A stretch of DNA of 64,000 nucleotides from the NCBI RefSeq assembly GCF_001194135.2, contig NC_068990.1:19400606-19464605 (forward strand), in the 5' to 3' direction. Positions within the stretch are counted from its first letter, which is position 1, and every line of letters begins with the position of its first letter. Under the pieces are notes generated by a model. That model saw only the letters and a list, made by a program, of their open reading frames with translations, searched no databases and was not told where the DNA came from. A program made the position numbers and the translations under genes. Shown here piece by piece: positions 50,584 to 63,969 of the stretch. Source of the DNA: Octopus bimaculoides (Eukaryota).

Positions 50584-51705
50584 GTAATAAAGGTGGAATT
50601 TTCGTTATTCCTTTCCGGTATATATCTGAGGTATCTGCTTCGAATATCTTTATTGCTTTCGTACGTTGTCTAAATTTTGGGTGGTATTGATATGTAGAAA
50701 GGATTTTTACCCCTCATATTATTTTTACCAAAAGCTCATACGCATCTTTGTTGTGCTGGTAGAACATTGGTGCTGACTACACTTATTTTTGTTGCCTTGG
50801 TGCCGTTTCTACTCTCTGTATTACAGTATTATAGAGCAACAGGTTGAATAGAGTATTGAAGCTGAGACATGTTAACGTACCACTACGTTTACTTATATAT
50901 TTACGAAGTCTTGAAACAATACGAACATCTAAAATAAAAGTACTAGCATAAGAAGGCAGATACATTTAGATACTAAGCAACACGAATACCCATTCAAGAA
51001 AAAAGAATTTCTTTGTCTTACAATATCTTTGAAAATAAAGAAAAAAGGTTTACGAATTATTATATATTATGTATAGTCTGCATCACATTGCTATTGTAAG
51101 CATCGTATAGAATATACTATCTCTCTATTTTAAAAAAGTTTATTTGTAGTTATTTTTGCAAATTTGCAGTTGTTAGACACTAAAAAATTCTTTGATTGCT
51201 ACGTTCAACTGTTCGGTAATCTCATGGATGTGATTGGTTATACTACTATATTATATCGTTTAAAAGATTTCTTCAACATTAAAACTAGTTCACAGCTACT
51301 GACACCTCAAAAGGCATTATCTTCGAAACTCTATTCAGTAGATTGCACTTTAAGAAAATGAGTGGGCTGTTTAGTTCAGCGTATAATTGAAATAGCCAGA
51401 ATCCTTTAACTCTACTGAATTTTTTTTGTTTTTACTTTCTTTAACGCATCCATGCACTTGAACATTCCCACACTACAATCACCATATATTTCTCAGATGT
51501 GTGATGATATAACTTCAGGTTATTTGATTAGCAATTTGTTTTATGGAAAGCAGTACAACTTGAATGTGCCATTCCCTGAAATGCATTTATTTGAGAAGTG
51601 CACAAATATGTTTGTACATGAGTATATTTTTCATTTCTGTTTTTACTTTAAGAAAGAATTCAGAATGCTCTAGCCATATGGCGCGAGTTCTATCTATCTA
51701 TCTAA

Positions 51706-51777
<72 letters not shown>

Positions 51778-51835
51778 TTCTCTGTATATATATATATATA
51801 TATNNNNNNNNNNCTGTGCGTGTATACACGTAATT

Positions 51836-51871
<36 letters not shown>

Positions 51872-52489
51872 AAGTAAATGTATGTATATGCATAAGTATG
51901 TATACATAAATATATCTATCCATATCTCTGTGTACAGACACACAGACACACACACGTACATACACATATACAGAGATATGGAGAGATCTTTACATGTATG
52001 TATTCATGTATATTATACAACAGAGCTGCATATGATTTTCCATATTCATCCATAGATTTACAAGCACTTTAAAAACAATTTTCTGCTCAGAAGTGTTAAA
52101 TAAGTGGATGAAAATACATTTATATCCTTGCTTTATCTATCTTTAAATAGCTAGGCAATGTCTATCTTTAGATAGCTAGGCAATGTCAGGCCATATGTTC
52201 AATTTCTTACGCCCACTATAGAATGATTCCAATTGTTGCTTCGCGCTTCCTTATCACCGCGATGTTGACACAAAATGCATCCCTTGGAATTCCAAGTTTT
52301 ATTCAACTAAATTCAATCCACTCGTCCGTCATACAAATATCTATATAAAATCTGCAAGTATTCTGTTAGTATACTTAAAAAGAAGGAGATTAGCAGGAAC
52401 GGCTAAGTGAATAGAATCTTCTATAGTGTTTAATTACGTATAATTAAATTTCCACTGATTTTGAGTGAAACTATGCTTATTCCCTTGAA

Positions 52490-52770
52490 ACTGCCTTGCT
52501 CCTCCCCTCCCAGGCTGGCGTAGACGAGCTGGAGGACAACTGAAGGCGTGGTTGGCAACGCTAAAGGTGGATGTGAAAGCACAGTCAAGCCTCCTCCGCA
52601 TCTATGGTCTTCGGCATTAGGATCGTGAGAGGATATCCAGTACAGCCTGGATTGCGACCGACCGACCGACAAATGTGGTCAGCATTTGTGAAGGATATTT
52701 TGAGCTCGTTGGTCGGAGGCGGATCCACTCAGTCCGGGTGATATCTACTAGAAGTACATGTAAGTAACTA
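52490..52770 (+). mobile_element. RTE-clade LINE 3' end
   Basis: Reads LPGW.RRAGGQLKAWLATLKVD...RIYGLRH...ATDRP, matching the RRGGQ.KTW...K.DL...A.DR..W tail of RTE ORFs. Ends in an AAGTA-type tail. Confidence 0.75.
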
Positions 52771-52839
52771 TTCCCATGAAAATAGAATAAGTACAAGCCA
52801 AGTACGGGTTTTTTTTAACTTTAACCATGTCCCTTAGTG

Positions 52840-53226
52840 CTTCGCAATATATGCATCTTTGAGCACGACCAGAAGTAGTTGGGGAGCATCATAGCCATGT
52901 GTTCAGAGGGATTTATTTTTGGGGGTTTGAATTATTCACCTCTAGAAACATGGGTATTTCGTTCAACACCCTTAAACAACACTTTCTTATGGACCTCTTG
53001 AGTGGGATGGGCTACTCGACCTGAAGAAAATTCTAACTGGGCCCCACCTGCAAGTTCATGTGGTGTTTATCTTGATACGAGATCCCCATGCCACGCACAT
53101 ATGTTTGCCGTGCATGTGCCTGGTGCACACTTATCAGAAGGATAGTCATGCTTGATATACTGGGCTTCTATCCTATATTTTACCCTAGTGTCAGTTTGAT
53201 GGTATACACTGTTCTCTAACTTAATG

Positions 53227-53303
<77 letters not shown>
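52840..53303 (+). mobile_element. Unclassified retro-derived interspersed repeat ending in (AAT)n
   Basis: Higher-GC, complex ~380 bp block running directly into a (AAT)~27 tail. No ORF; family not identified. Confidence 0.5.
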
Positions 53304-53304
<1 letters not shown>

Positions 53305-53610
53305 TCAGTACTTGTAGGGTCACTGGGATCACTATCAACCAGTTACGAGAAATATGTCGGAGAAACCGGAATTGACATGAGAGCAGAGCAGGCCCAAAAC
53401 AACTGCTCTGTTGGGGCAGGCTAGGATTTTGTGATTAGTGTTTGGGTGTTGAGTATATTCCGTGATGATTTAACATCCAGATATCAAAGCTTACCATTTG
53501 CGGAAAGAGATCTTGTCAGACCTCCGATACGATAATAGATTACTCTCTGCTCTCACAAAATCAATTCGAACAATTAAGACCAAGAGAACTGAGAATATAG
53601 CAACAATTAC
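53305..53610 (+). mobile_element. R4/Dong-like retrotransposon 3' fragment (degenerate)
   Basis: Follows (AAT)n. Translates ISVLVGSLGSL..YEKYVGETGIDMRAEQAQ, then frameshifted KTALLGQARIL, the same terminal motif as 2438-2590. Ends in a degenerate AAC/AAT tail. Confidence 0.75.
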
Positions 53611-53669
53611 AACAACAATGGCTGCAGCAGCAACAACAAGAGGAACCATAATGCTTATATCTGATATAG

Positions 53670-53855
53670 ACACCAGGCCCTGAATTTTGGGGGAGGTGGT
53701 ATGTCGATTATATTAATTCTTGATTGGTACTTATGTTCTCGACTCCGAAATGATGACAGGCAAAGTCGACCACAGCGGAATTTGAACTCAGAATGTAGCG
53801 ACAAGCGAAATCCCGCTATGCATTACGCTCGGCGTGCTAACGATTCCGCAGTTCA
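53670..53855 (-). mobile_element. Family-1 SINE
   Basis: GGCAAAGTCGACCACAGCGGAATTTGAACTCAGAA...CGTGCTAACGATTC. Confidence 0.85.
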
Positions 53856-54319
53856 TATACCAATCACGTTTAACTGTTTTTATGGTATAAGCAGCGAAGA
53901 AAGGGCATCAGAGATAAAATGTACCAGAAAAGTCTACGACTGATTTTCAGAAGTGCAGGGCATGTTTGCATTCGAAATCACAGCACTAAATCAGTTAAAT
54001 ATTAAAAAGTAGGGGTTAAACCAGATGAACATTTAGAAATACGATTTATATTATCGTATTTTGCAGGAAATACACCTACCCTTTCCCACAGCGATACCTG
54101 AAATTTGTCGCTTTATTGCGAAGGGGGGCAAATATTTGAATATTACGATTAATATAATTCAATAAAAAGTTTCCAATCTTATTAAGAAATTCACGTTCAT
54201 ACGAAAATATTTTTTATTGTTATTGTTTTCTGCATAAAATTCTGAAACGAAACTTTAATCTACGTTATAAGAGTAGAACGTGAAACACTGCTACTTTATA
54301 CCGCCGGATCCATATTTTC

Positions 54320-54365
<46 letters not shown>

Positions 54366-54545
54366 TTCTTGTCATTTTTTAAACTTTTTCACTTACAAAG
54401 CACGCATGTTATATAAATATATACATATATACAGAAGCAATATAAAAGATAGTAAAAAAAGGGGAGGGTAGTGTGTGAAATCTGGGATTGAGAGATATAT
54501 TTCTGGAATGATAACGTTAGGATTTTGGTGATCTTTGAAATAACA

Positions 54546-54599
<54 letters not shown>

Positions 54600-54868
54600 T
54601 AAACACAGAAACACACACATACCCGCACACAAACACACACATATGTATATCTATCCATCCATCCATCTATCTTTCTGTGTGTGTATGTGTGAGTGTGTCT
54701 CGGTGTGTGTATGTACATAAGTTGATCTATTGTTTTCTTATGGCCTACCCTTGTTCCTCAGTAGTATTTTCCCACGAATCCGACTACAATTTTTAGGAAA
54801 AAGCGCTGCTTCGAGCGTTAACTCGAGGTTTATCTATTCTACGACTTTCTTCGCAATTCTCACCCAGG

Positions 54869-54908
<40 letters not shown>

Positions 54909-56178
54909 TAAATATATATATATGAATGTATATACGTAGTTATACATACATATGACATGCATACATATATGCGTATGTATGTACGCATATACCTGTAATA
55001 TGTATATATGTAAGCTTAAAGTTATATAGATTGGTGATAAAAAAACACGATGTGAAAATACGATTGAGAATAGCATAAATGAGAATACACCGACAAACAC
55101 ATGTGAGGTTGCAACGAGATAGCTATGTCCATGCTAAGCATATTTCTAATATTTAAATTATAACATTAACAACCAGATGAATATTCGATAGCGTTCTTGC
55201 AAAAACATATCAATGGTGAATGGAATCTAATTAAAGGTATGAAGAACATTTTAGCTTTCCAGATATTGTAACTTTTTATAATTTTACATTTGAAAACCTC
55301 TTAAAAATTATTCCATATGTTATTTCGTTTAACTTGCTTAACATATCGAATTACACATTGCGTTGTAACACCCTCCATGTGCACGTGTTCCTGTGCTTCT
55401 GCTTCTTTGTGTAAGTATATATATACATATACATATATATANNNNNNNNNNNNNNNNNNNNNNNNNNNNNNNNNNNNNNNNNNNNNNNNNNNNNNNNNNN
55501 NNNNNNNNNNNNNNNNNNNNNNNNNNNNNNNNNNNNNNNNNNNNNNNNNNNNNNNNNNNNNNNNNNNNNNNNNNNNNNNNNNNNNNNNNNNNNNNNNNNN
55601 NNNNNNNNNNNNNNNNNNNNNNNNNNNNNNNNNNNNNNNNNNNNNNNNNNNNNNNNNNNNNNNNNNNNNNNNNNNNNNNNNNNNNNNNNNNNNNNNNNNN
55701 NNNNNNNNNNNNNNNNNNNNNNNNNNNNNNNNNNNNNNNNNNNNNNNNNNNNNNNNNNNNNNNNNNNNNNNNNNNNNNNNATATATATATATATATATAT
55801 ATAGATATACATACCTCAATTTATATAATTGAATGTGTGCACGAGCGTATCTGTAAGCGCATGATCATACATGCACCACTCCTATATATGAGTTTTATTT
55901 TCATGTCCGCATACCGCATACAAGTATTGATTTTATTTTGTCTTTATTTATATTTGCTTTATTTGCAATATTTAACTGTCTTTTTTTTATAATTTTCCAA
56001 CCAACCAACTTATATTATTTCCTACAATTGTTCTGCATTTTGATTCATTTCATGTTGAAGGATACACAGTATAATATATTGTCGGTGAAATATATTCCTC
56101 ATACTGACGTCGCCTTAGAAATATAATACGTATTAGATAAATGAACAATCCAAATATATATATATGTATATGTATATA

Positions 56179-56461
56179 ATGGTATTCTTATATAAGCTTA
56201 AAGCTCATGGCGATCACCGTGCAATGACTAACGAAAACAGTGTGATAAAGGGGCAGATAAGATCTCGACAAAAAATAGGCTTTCCTATCCGCGTGGGAGT
56301 CGAACACACATCCCTCTGTTAACACGACTAAGTGTGTTACCTTTACACCAGCGAATTAGCGTCACCATTTCTAAGGCTTATATGCCCCTTAATTAGACTA
56401 TATTTTTCTTAGTTATTGCACGGCGATTTCCATATGCTTTAAGCTTATATAAAAATACCAT
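56179..56461. mobile_element. MITE-like element with ~53-bp TIRs enclosing a tRNA-like cassette
   Basis: Left TIR ATGGTATTCTTATATAAGCTTAAAGCTCATGGCGATCACCGTGCAATGACTAA vs reverse complement of right ATGGTATTTTTATATAAGCTTAAAGCATATGGAAATCGCCGTGCAATAACTAA. Internal minus-strand A-box TGGTGTAAAGG and B-box GTTCGACTCC. Confidence 0.8.
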
Positions 56462-58691
56462 CGTTATTATTTACATGGTTGTAAACAAGGCGCCGTATAA
56501 AGAACCAATAGCAACGATATATATGTGTGTGTGAATTTAATTTACGACTGTGTTAGGAATTAGCTAATTCTTCGTCACATGATCCATGCTTCTGCCAATT
56601 GTTTTAGATGCTTGTATAATGGAAAGTAGTCAAAAATGCCCGCAGTATTTGCCCCTGTGTTATAGCATAGGATATAAAGCTGGGGGGGGGGAAATACTAC
56701 CTCTTTTCACTGGTGCTCTACTTCATCTGATTGCGCAGGAACAACGTAATGTGAACCCGTTTGCTCAAGTACAGAGCGTGCGCTTCAGTTTCAGGATCGA
56801 ACCCACAGCCTTATGACTGCAAGTTAATGCAATACCCACTACGTCACAAATTAACTTTGTTTCTACAAGATGCGACAGATGAAACAAAGTCCCATATTTT
56901 ACAGGTAGACAAAAGGCAAAGGTTTTTAAATTACACTTAAATTAAAGTTAACCTAAAAGAATACAGTTTGTTGATCTCAATTTCGGAAATGATATCTTCC
57001 AAATAGTTGCCTCTAATCACTATTCCCTCTTATAGTCGATCTCTGAAGTTTTCCACCAACTAGTGAGTCATTTTCGGCGGTAATTCTTCCGTAATATTAT
57101 TATTTTTCTGTTTGTTTGTTTGTTTGTTTTCAGTCCACAGTTATTGGATTTTCGGTCGGGAACGGCATCATTTTTTAATTTAGCCCGAAATGAATTGAAA
57201 CGTTCTCTGCATCTCAATCACAGACCTTCCAGTCTTCATAAAATATAGTAGCAAATGTTCCAGACGGTGATGTAACTGTAAAAAAACGATTATAAATTCA
57301 TGAAGTTACATGAGGCAGAGAACAGGCCTCCCTAACTTTATAAGTGGCACACCAATGGCCGTGTATAGTAAGAGAGGTTCTCCTATCATTCCCTGTATAG
57401 TGCAAAATAAGAGAACATACACATGAAGAATTAATTTGTCATAAATATTAAACATTGCCCATAGAATAATAGTGTGCCTGCTGACAATTCTTATCCGTAC
57501 ACGATTAATTTTTTTTTTTACGACAAAAGACACATAATTCGGACTTTTATGTATTCAAATCCGTCTTTAACTTTTTTCCTTAGAAAAATTGGCTGTCATT
57601 TTTTTAGACATATGCATTGTAGATGTGCTAACGTGTTAATTGCAAATGCAGTATTATTGAGCACTCCAGGTATTTTCAGAATTTATCTTTATCAAACTCT
57701 TTCTAATACTAATACCTGATTCTTCATCGTCTTTGTCCTCATTCTCCTCATCGTTGTCGTTGCCGTTAGTATCCTCCACACAGTTTCCTGTAAATACCTT
57801 GAGGCTGATACATATTTTCACAAGCTTGCATATGATCTACATGTTTTATATCATATCATATAATATAAATGACCTAGTAGCTGTGTAATACTTTTAGTTT
57901 ATCCTTTGTCGTTTAAGAGACTGACGCAATACTCACTGGAATAGACTATGTTAGGAATTAGAGCCGTTGATAGGTTTACTACTGCGAAAGTGTGATCACT
58001 TTTTTCTTCTCCTGATGCGCAATTTTCACTGGTATTATCTATTTTCAGATCCTGTGGTCTGAAATAATTACAAATATTAACTAACATTTTCATAACGATG
58101 ACTGTAGAACATCTGACAGTGTCTACTCAGATTCTTTTATTCTTTCATTCAGTCATGCTGGGCACCAATATATTGAATATTTTAATATCATTGTGAAACT
58201 GATAGCTTTATTCTGAGACGAGATTATGAAGTTCCAAACTTGTGCATTTTATAATATCTTTAATATTTACAAATATGACATACACGCGTTGGTGTGTCCA
58301 CGTAACCTAGTGCTTCTAGAAAAGATACCGGTAGAATAATAACAGTTTTCGAAAGCCAATCAAATTCTGTGGTTGTTTCATACGCCTGCAGATTCTTCAA
58401 GACGGTGACCTAGTTTGGCCGTAGTCTAATGAAACAACCAAAAAGAAAAGCAAGAAAAGATATATACATATGTGTGTGTATGTATGTGTGTTTATATATA
58501 GATATATAAGTTCCCACACACACACACGTGTGTGTGTGTGTGTATGTATTGTTTATATTCCTCTAAAAATAAAAATAGGCAACAATAGTTGCTGTTTAGA
58601 ACCGTATCATACATATTTGGCTTCGATTATTCGATTACTGAATTAAACAAGTAATGATGATGATGACAACAAAAACACATAATAATAATGA

Positions 58692-58741
<50 letters not shown>

Positions 58742-59009
58742 GTATTAATAATAATAATGATAATTAGTAACTTTAAAGCTTTGGTACATAAAGTAGCATT
58801 CACTTGGATCCATTCATAAGTGAGTTCTATACAATTACATAAAGCTTCATAATTAGTTAAATATACTTTAATTAATGGAATAACATTGCGTGTATAGGAA
58901 TTACGTAACGATCATAAACAGTGAAATAATTAATATACTTTGTGTATGATCAGGGTGAATATTTGTGGTCGATTAAATCGCCTGTAGTATGAAAGTGCAA
59001 AAGGTTCTG

Positions 59010-59410
59010 TATCATCATCATCATCATCATTGTCATCATCAAGTTCCTTTGGCTGGCGCAGCTAGTCTTCGGTAATGATTTGGCAGTTAACCGCCGACAC
59101 TAGAGTCTGTTTTGTTTCATGTGTAACCGGATGGCAGTGTTGTGACAAGTCCTGTGTTGTCCTACCCGGATTTTCTCCCCCCGCCTCCATTTTTACGCGT
59201 TTCTTCAACTGCGATCTGAAGCATGATTTTGAACAGAGTGTTGTGGTGGAATGCGTGACCCTACCAGGGATCTTCCACCATTTTACCTACGCAAGAAGAG
59301 GCTTATGTCTGTCAGCGTATTTGCTGGTTTTGAAGCCTCACGAAGACGGTCGTTTTGTGTTCTGTGTTTGGGATGCGTAACAGCCTTTTGAAGCACGTGT
59401 GTTTGCAGGT
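59010..59410 (-). mobile_element. RTE-clade LINE 3' remnant with (GAT)n tail
   Basis: Minus strand gives KHRTQND.., GHAFHHNTLFKIMLQ..VE..RK...IR.DN (WFGHV.RH.SL.KTILQ-like). The (TCA)n run at 59010-59040 is the tail. Confidence 0.7.
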
Positions 59411-60351
59411 AAAAGGAAAGTGAACAGTGAATGTTAATCTTAATTTGTATTTAAATTTTATAATAGTTCTTTTCTCTTTACGTATTCCCTTTTAATATAT
59501 ATTTTTGATAAGGTTTTTCAAAAACCGAAACATGTAAAAGGAAAATTAAATTGTACCCAGTATATATATATAAAAGACAATAACAAAAATGCTACTTTCT
59601 TAAAATTGGGTACATTTTATTATATATATATATATATATNNNNNNNNNNNNNNNNNNNNNNNNNNNNNNNNNNNNNNNNNNNNNNNNNNNNNNNNNNNNN
59701 NNNNNNNNNNNNNNNNNNNNNNNNNNNNNNNNNNNNNNNNNNNNNNNNNNNNNNNNNNNNNNNNNNNNNNNNNNNNNNNNNNNNNNNNNNNNNNNNNNNN
59801 NNNNNNNNNNNNNNNNNNNNNNNNNNNNNNNNNNNNNNNNNNNNNNNNNNNNNNNNNNNNNNNNNNNNNNNNNNNNNNNNNNNNNNNNNNNNNNNNNNNN
59901 NNNNNNNNNNNNNNNNNNNNNNNNNNNNNNNNNNNNNNNNNNNNNNNNNNNNNNNNNNNNNNNNNNNNNNNNNNNNNNNNNNNNNNNNNNNNNNNNNNNN
60001 NNNNNNNNNNNNNNNNNNNNNNNNNNNNNNNNNNNNNNNNNNNNNNNNNNNCAACATATATTCGATGGACCCTCACTCCAAAGACAAGGTGTCAGCCTTG
60101 TTTATGGGGATCAAACGTATGCGCTGTACTTTAGCCCACTCCATCCATCAAATCAACGTTGACTGTACCACATGTCAAGTGTCGAAGTCATCGCAAAGCA
60201 ACGTGAAGTGAAGTGTTTTGCTCTTACGTATATATAGTTATACATTTGAGTTTATACAACTAGATGTATATGTATGCGAGTACCTATGTGAGTGTATGAG
60301 TGTGTGTGTCTGTGTGTGTGTTTTTTCTGCTATCATATTTATGTCGTCGAT

Positions 60352-60570
60352 TAAGGTGGCGAGCTGGCAGAACCGTTAGCACGCCGGAAAAAAATGCTTC
60401 TTGGCATTTCGTTCATATTTATCTTCTGAGTTTTATTTCACCCGAGGTCGATTTTATATTTTCCGTTTCCCGGTCTATGAAATAAGAAAATGTCGAGTAC
60501 TAGATATGATGAAATCAAGTCGCTATCATTACCAATATAAATTACTGAATTTGTGCCCATAACAGAAAGA
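60352..60570 (+). mobile_element. Family-1 SINE
   Basis: GGTGGCGAGCTGGCAGAACCGTTAGCACGCCGG head; CCGAGGTCGA core. Confidence 0.85.
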
Positions 60571-60792
60571 ATGATATTACCAGCTTGAAGTGGCATATAA
60601 CTGCTTAAAATGTTAGCGTCCCTTTCAAGCTAACATAGTGAGAGACAAATATCTTTTTTTATACATAGAATTTAAATTCGAGCTACTATTAATTTCGTAC
60701 CTCACTCTATACCAGCTTATCGGACAACTATATTTTCAAGTAACATGAAACCATCAAGTAGTTCAGTTTAAATCCTACGTGTATTAGATGAT

Positions 60793-60859
<67 letters not shown>

Positions 60860-61479
60860 ATGTGTGTGTGTGTGTGTGTGTTTAAATATTATGTATACAT
60901 TTCATTGACATTATTGAAATAAAATTAATTGATATTTCACTCCATAGGGAGGCATACACATCAACTTTCAGATTAGATACCTCTTAAAGTAACTGAGACC
61001 ATTAAGCATTTTAATGTTAGTCTCATATCTTATACAACTGTTGTTATAACCAGACCAATTCTCTTCAGTCTTTCGGCCGATGCATCGATTTCTACATAAA
61101 CTATTTTGTTTCAGACTGATCTTAAATACTTTCTGTAAGGAAAGACTACTTATTCCGTGTTGTAAATGAAATAGAACCAATTCAACGGGGAGAAATTGAA
61201 ACATGGTTTGTGTGACTGAATTTCGCTTATTGTTTTAGGAGCACTAAACAGACCAACATTTTAAATTGAATCTCACCAAGAGCTAGTTGAGATGACAAAA
61301 ATATTTTTAAGGATTCTTAGTTATCACCTCAATCGATATAATTTATAAACGATCCAGAAGCGATAAAATAGATGCATAGTACATATATTATATACTAGGT
61401 TTGATTTCTTATCTTTAAACTTTCACTTGAAATATACCGACATTGCATCAATGTGAGGACCGAAGAATATTCTTTTGTA

Positions 61480-62690
61480 CTCTAGGTACAAGGACAGAAA
61501 TTTTGGGGAGGGCCAGTCGATTAGTCGACCCCCGTACGCAACTGGTACTTAATTTATCGACCCCGAAAGGATGAAAGGCAAAGTCGACCTCAGCGGAATT
61601 TGAACTTAGAAGACAGATGAAATACCGCTAAGCATTTCACCCGGCGTGCTAACGTTTCTGCCAGCTCACCGCCTTAGGACCAGAAGAAATATTAATATGA
61701 ACGCAGTACTGTCGGGACAATCATTGAAGTTCTTATTGAAATCTGCGTATTGCCTTCAATATTGGCAGGAGTTGACATTGCATTTTATTCGTCTAAAAGC
61801 CGACAAAATAATTTTCAATACTTGCGCATTTCAATTTTACTCCTTGTTTCCTCGGAATTTGTTACACTATTCATAATGGTTTCCAATTTGGCACAGGCGC
61901 AGCAGTTTTTTTTTTTTCTTTTGCTTCAGAAGGGGATTAATTCGATTACTTCGATCCTATTTCTTGACTGGTACGTATTTTATCGAGCCCGAAATCATGA
62001 AAGGCAATATCGATCTCAGCGGCATTTGGGTGAAAAAAAAAATAAAAGACTGAAGAAATGCCGCTATATATTTCGTCGGTATGACATCGATTCTGATAGA
62101 TCGCCAGTTTATGTTACATTATTAATAATCCTTTCTACTATAGGCACAAGGTCTGAAATTTTTCAGTAGGAGACAAGTCGATTACATCGATCCCTGTGCT
62201 GAACTGTTATTTATTTCATCAATCCCGAAAGAATGAAAGCCTAAGACGACCTTGGCGGAATTTGAACTCAGAACGTAAAGCCATGCAAAATAAAGCTAAG
62301 CATTTTTCCCGGCGTGCTAACGATTCTGCCAGCTCACCGTTTTGTTTCTGCTATTAATAACATAATAAATCGTGGTATGTATTGTGTACAGGGTATGAGG
62401 TAACAAGAATCATAGATTACTTGGTTGAATGCCCACGTACCTTAGGATAATGCGACCTTGTGAATAATGTATAATATTGGTTTCAAATTTGGGCTCAAGG
62501 CCAGCAATTTTGCGGGAAGGTTAAATCGATTACAACGACCCCTGTGCTCTGTTGGACTTATTTTATCGACACCGAACGGGATTAATTTCAAAGTTGATCT
62601 CGACAAAATTTGAACTCTATACATAATGACAGACGAAATCCCGCTAAACATTCTGCCCACCGTGCTAACAATTCTGCGAGCTCGCTGCCT
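61480..62690 (-). mobile_element. Array of four co-oriented family-1 SINEs
   Basis: Copies at ~61480-61676, ~61870-62110, ~62130-62340 and ~62470-62690. Three clearly show the GAATTTGAAC / GCTAA.CAT / GTGCTAAC...CAGCTC signature; the second copy is more decayed. Confidence 0.85.
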
Positions 62691-63732
62691 TGTATACATT
62701 GACTAAGGTATAATATTAACACAATCTTATACTTTGTCTCCACATCATATTTAGAAGTTAATATGCATCTCGCAAAGTATTTAGATGTTATAGAGGATTG
62801 AAACTACTTTCGGAATAGGGATTTGGAACTGCCACTAAAATTCTCTCCTAGCTCATCCACCATAATTATTTTAGTTTAATGGGCCATGTTGCCGAAAGGA
62901 ATCCTACATACACTATACCTGCAACAAATCGGTGCAGGCACTCCTCGTATTAACCGGATCATAGTTCTTTTCAGTCAGGTATGAACTACGCGAAAAGAAA
63001 AAAAAGCACCAACAAAACTGCAATAATTGTGGCAAGCACTTTATATCTGTATATTAAGAAATATCACGTGTGATGCTGATATTACCTCGTGCTTCGTTTA
63101 TACAAAACCATAAAACCGTCTTTGAAATACTGAACATTAGACATATGCTAATGTTTTGAAATTATTTTTTGCTGTAACTACTTTAGTATCTATTTATATA
63201 TAATACTAACATATATATTCGCGAATATTTTTTTACGTTGGTTGATGTTTGATATATAACCTTAACTTTACAAGACTCTTAATATATTTTGATTTGCTAT
63301 GACTTACATATTCAACATATACAATTAACACAAATAATATGTGAGTGAATACTCATAGATTGTAGTTTTAAACCAATGTCGTTAATGCAACGTCAATTAC
63401 GAAGCAGTAGAAAGTTTTTGTTCGTCTACTTTTAATTCTAAGTGTATGTAATTTGAAAGTAATTAGTCTGGGATTAATTCACTGTCTTCTTTTCGATAAC
63501 ATTCATACGTTTTTTTTCTCTCTATCACATGTATTTAATAGCAATTTCTATTGTAGTGAATTAATAACAAGAGCAGTAACAGAAACACAAAAAAATTTTC
63601 AATTTACCGCCATTAAACAGATACTACTCAATAACGTATGTTCTTTTCCAACTCTTGTTTGCAACGGGTTTATATATTATATCCAGCATACACGCACACT
63701 CACACGTACATACACGCACACACATGCCTGTA

Positions 63733-63771
<39 letters not shown>

Positions 63772-63924
63772 NNNNNNNNNNNNNNNNNNNNNNNNNNNNN
63801 NNNNNNNNNNNNNNNNNNNNNNNNNNNNNNNNNNNNNNNNNNNNNNNNNNNNNNNNNNNNNNNNNNNNNNNNNNNNNNNNNNNNNNNNNNNNNNNNNNNN
63901 NNNNNNNNNNNNNNNNNNNNNNNN

Positions 63925-63969
<45 letters not shown>

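Noticed and set aside
53491-53673. Minus-strand ORF that looks like a single-pass TM exon (VPLVVAAAAIVVVIVAIFSVLLVLIV) with donor TG|gtaagc
   Set aside because: It overlaps the antisense 3'UTR and degenerate AAC/AAT tail of the Dong-like element, which naturally encodes V/I/A runs. Exaptation cannot be fully excluded.
56290-56352. Functional tRNA gene
   Set aside because: Acceptor and anticodon stems do not pair. The other tRNA-like segments in the window are SINE heads.
58180-58205. bantam-like sequence TAATATCATTGTGAAACTGAT
   Set aside because: The seed differs from bantam (TGAGATC), the hairpin is irregular, and the 5' arm overlaps a SINE remnant.
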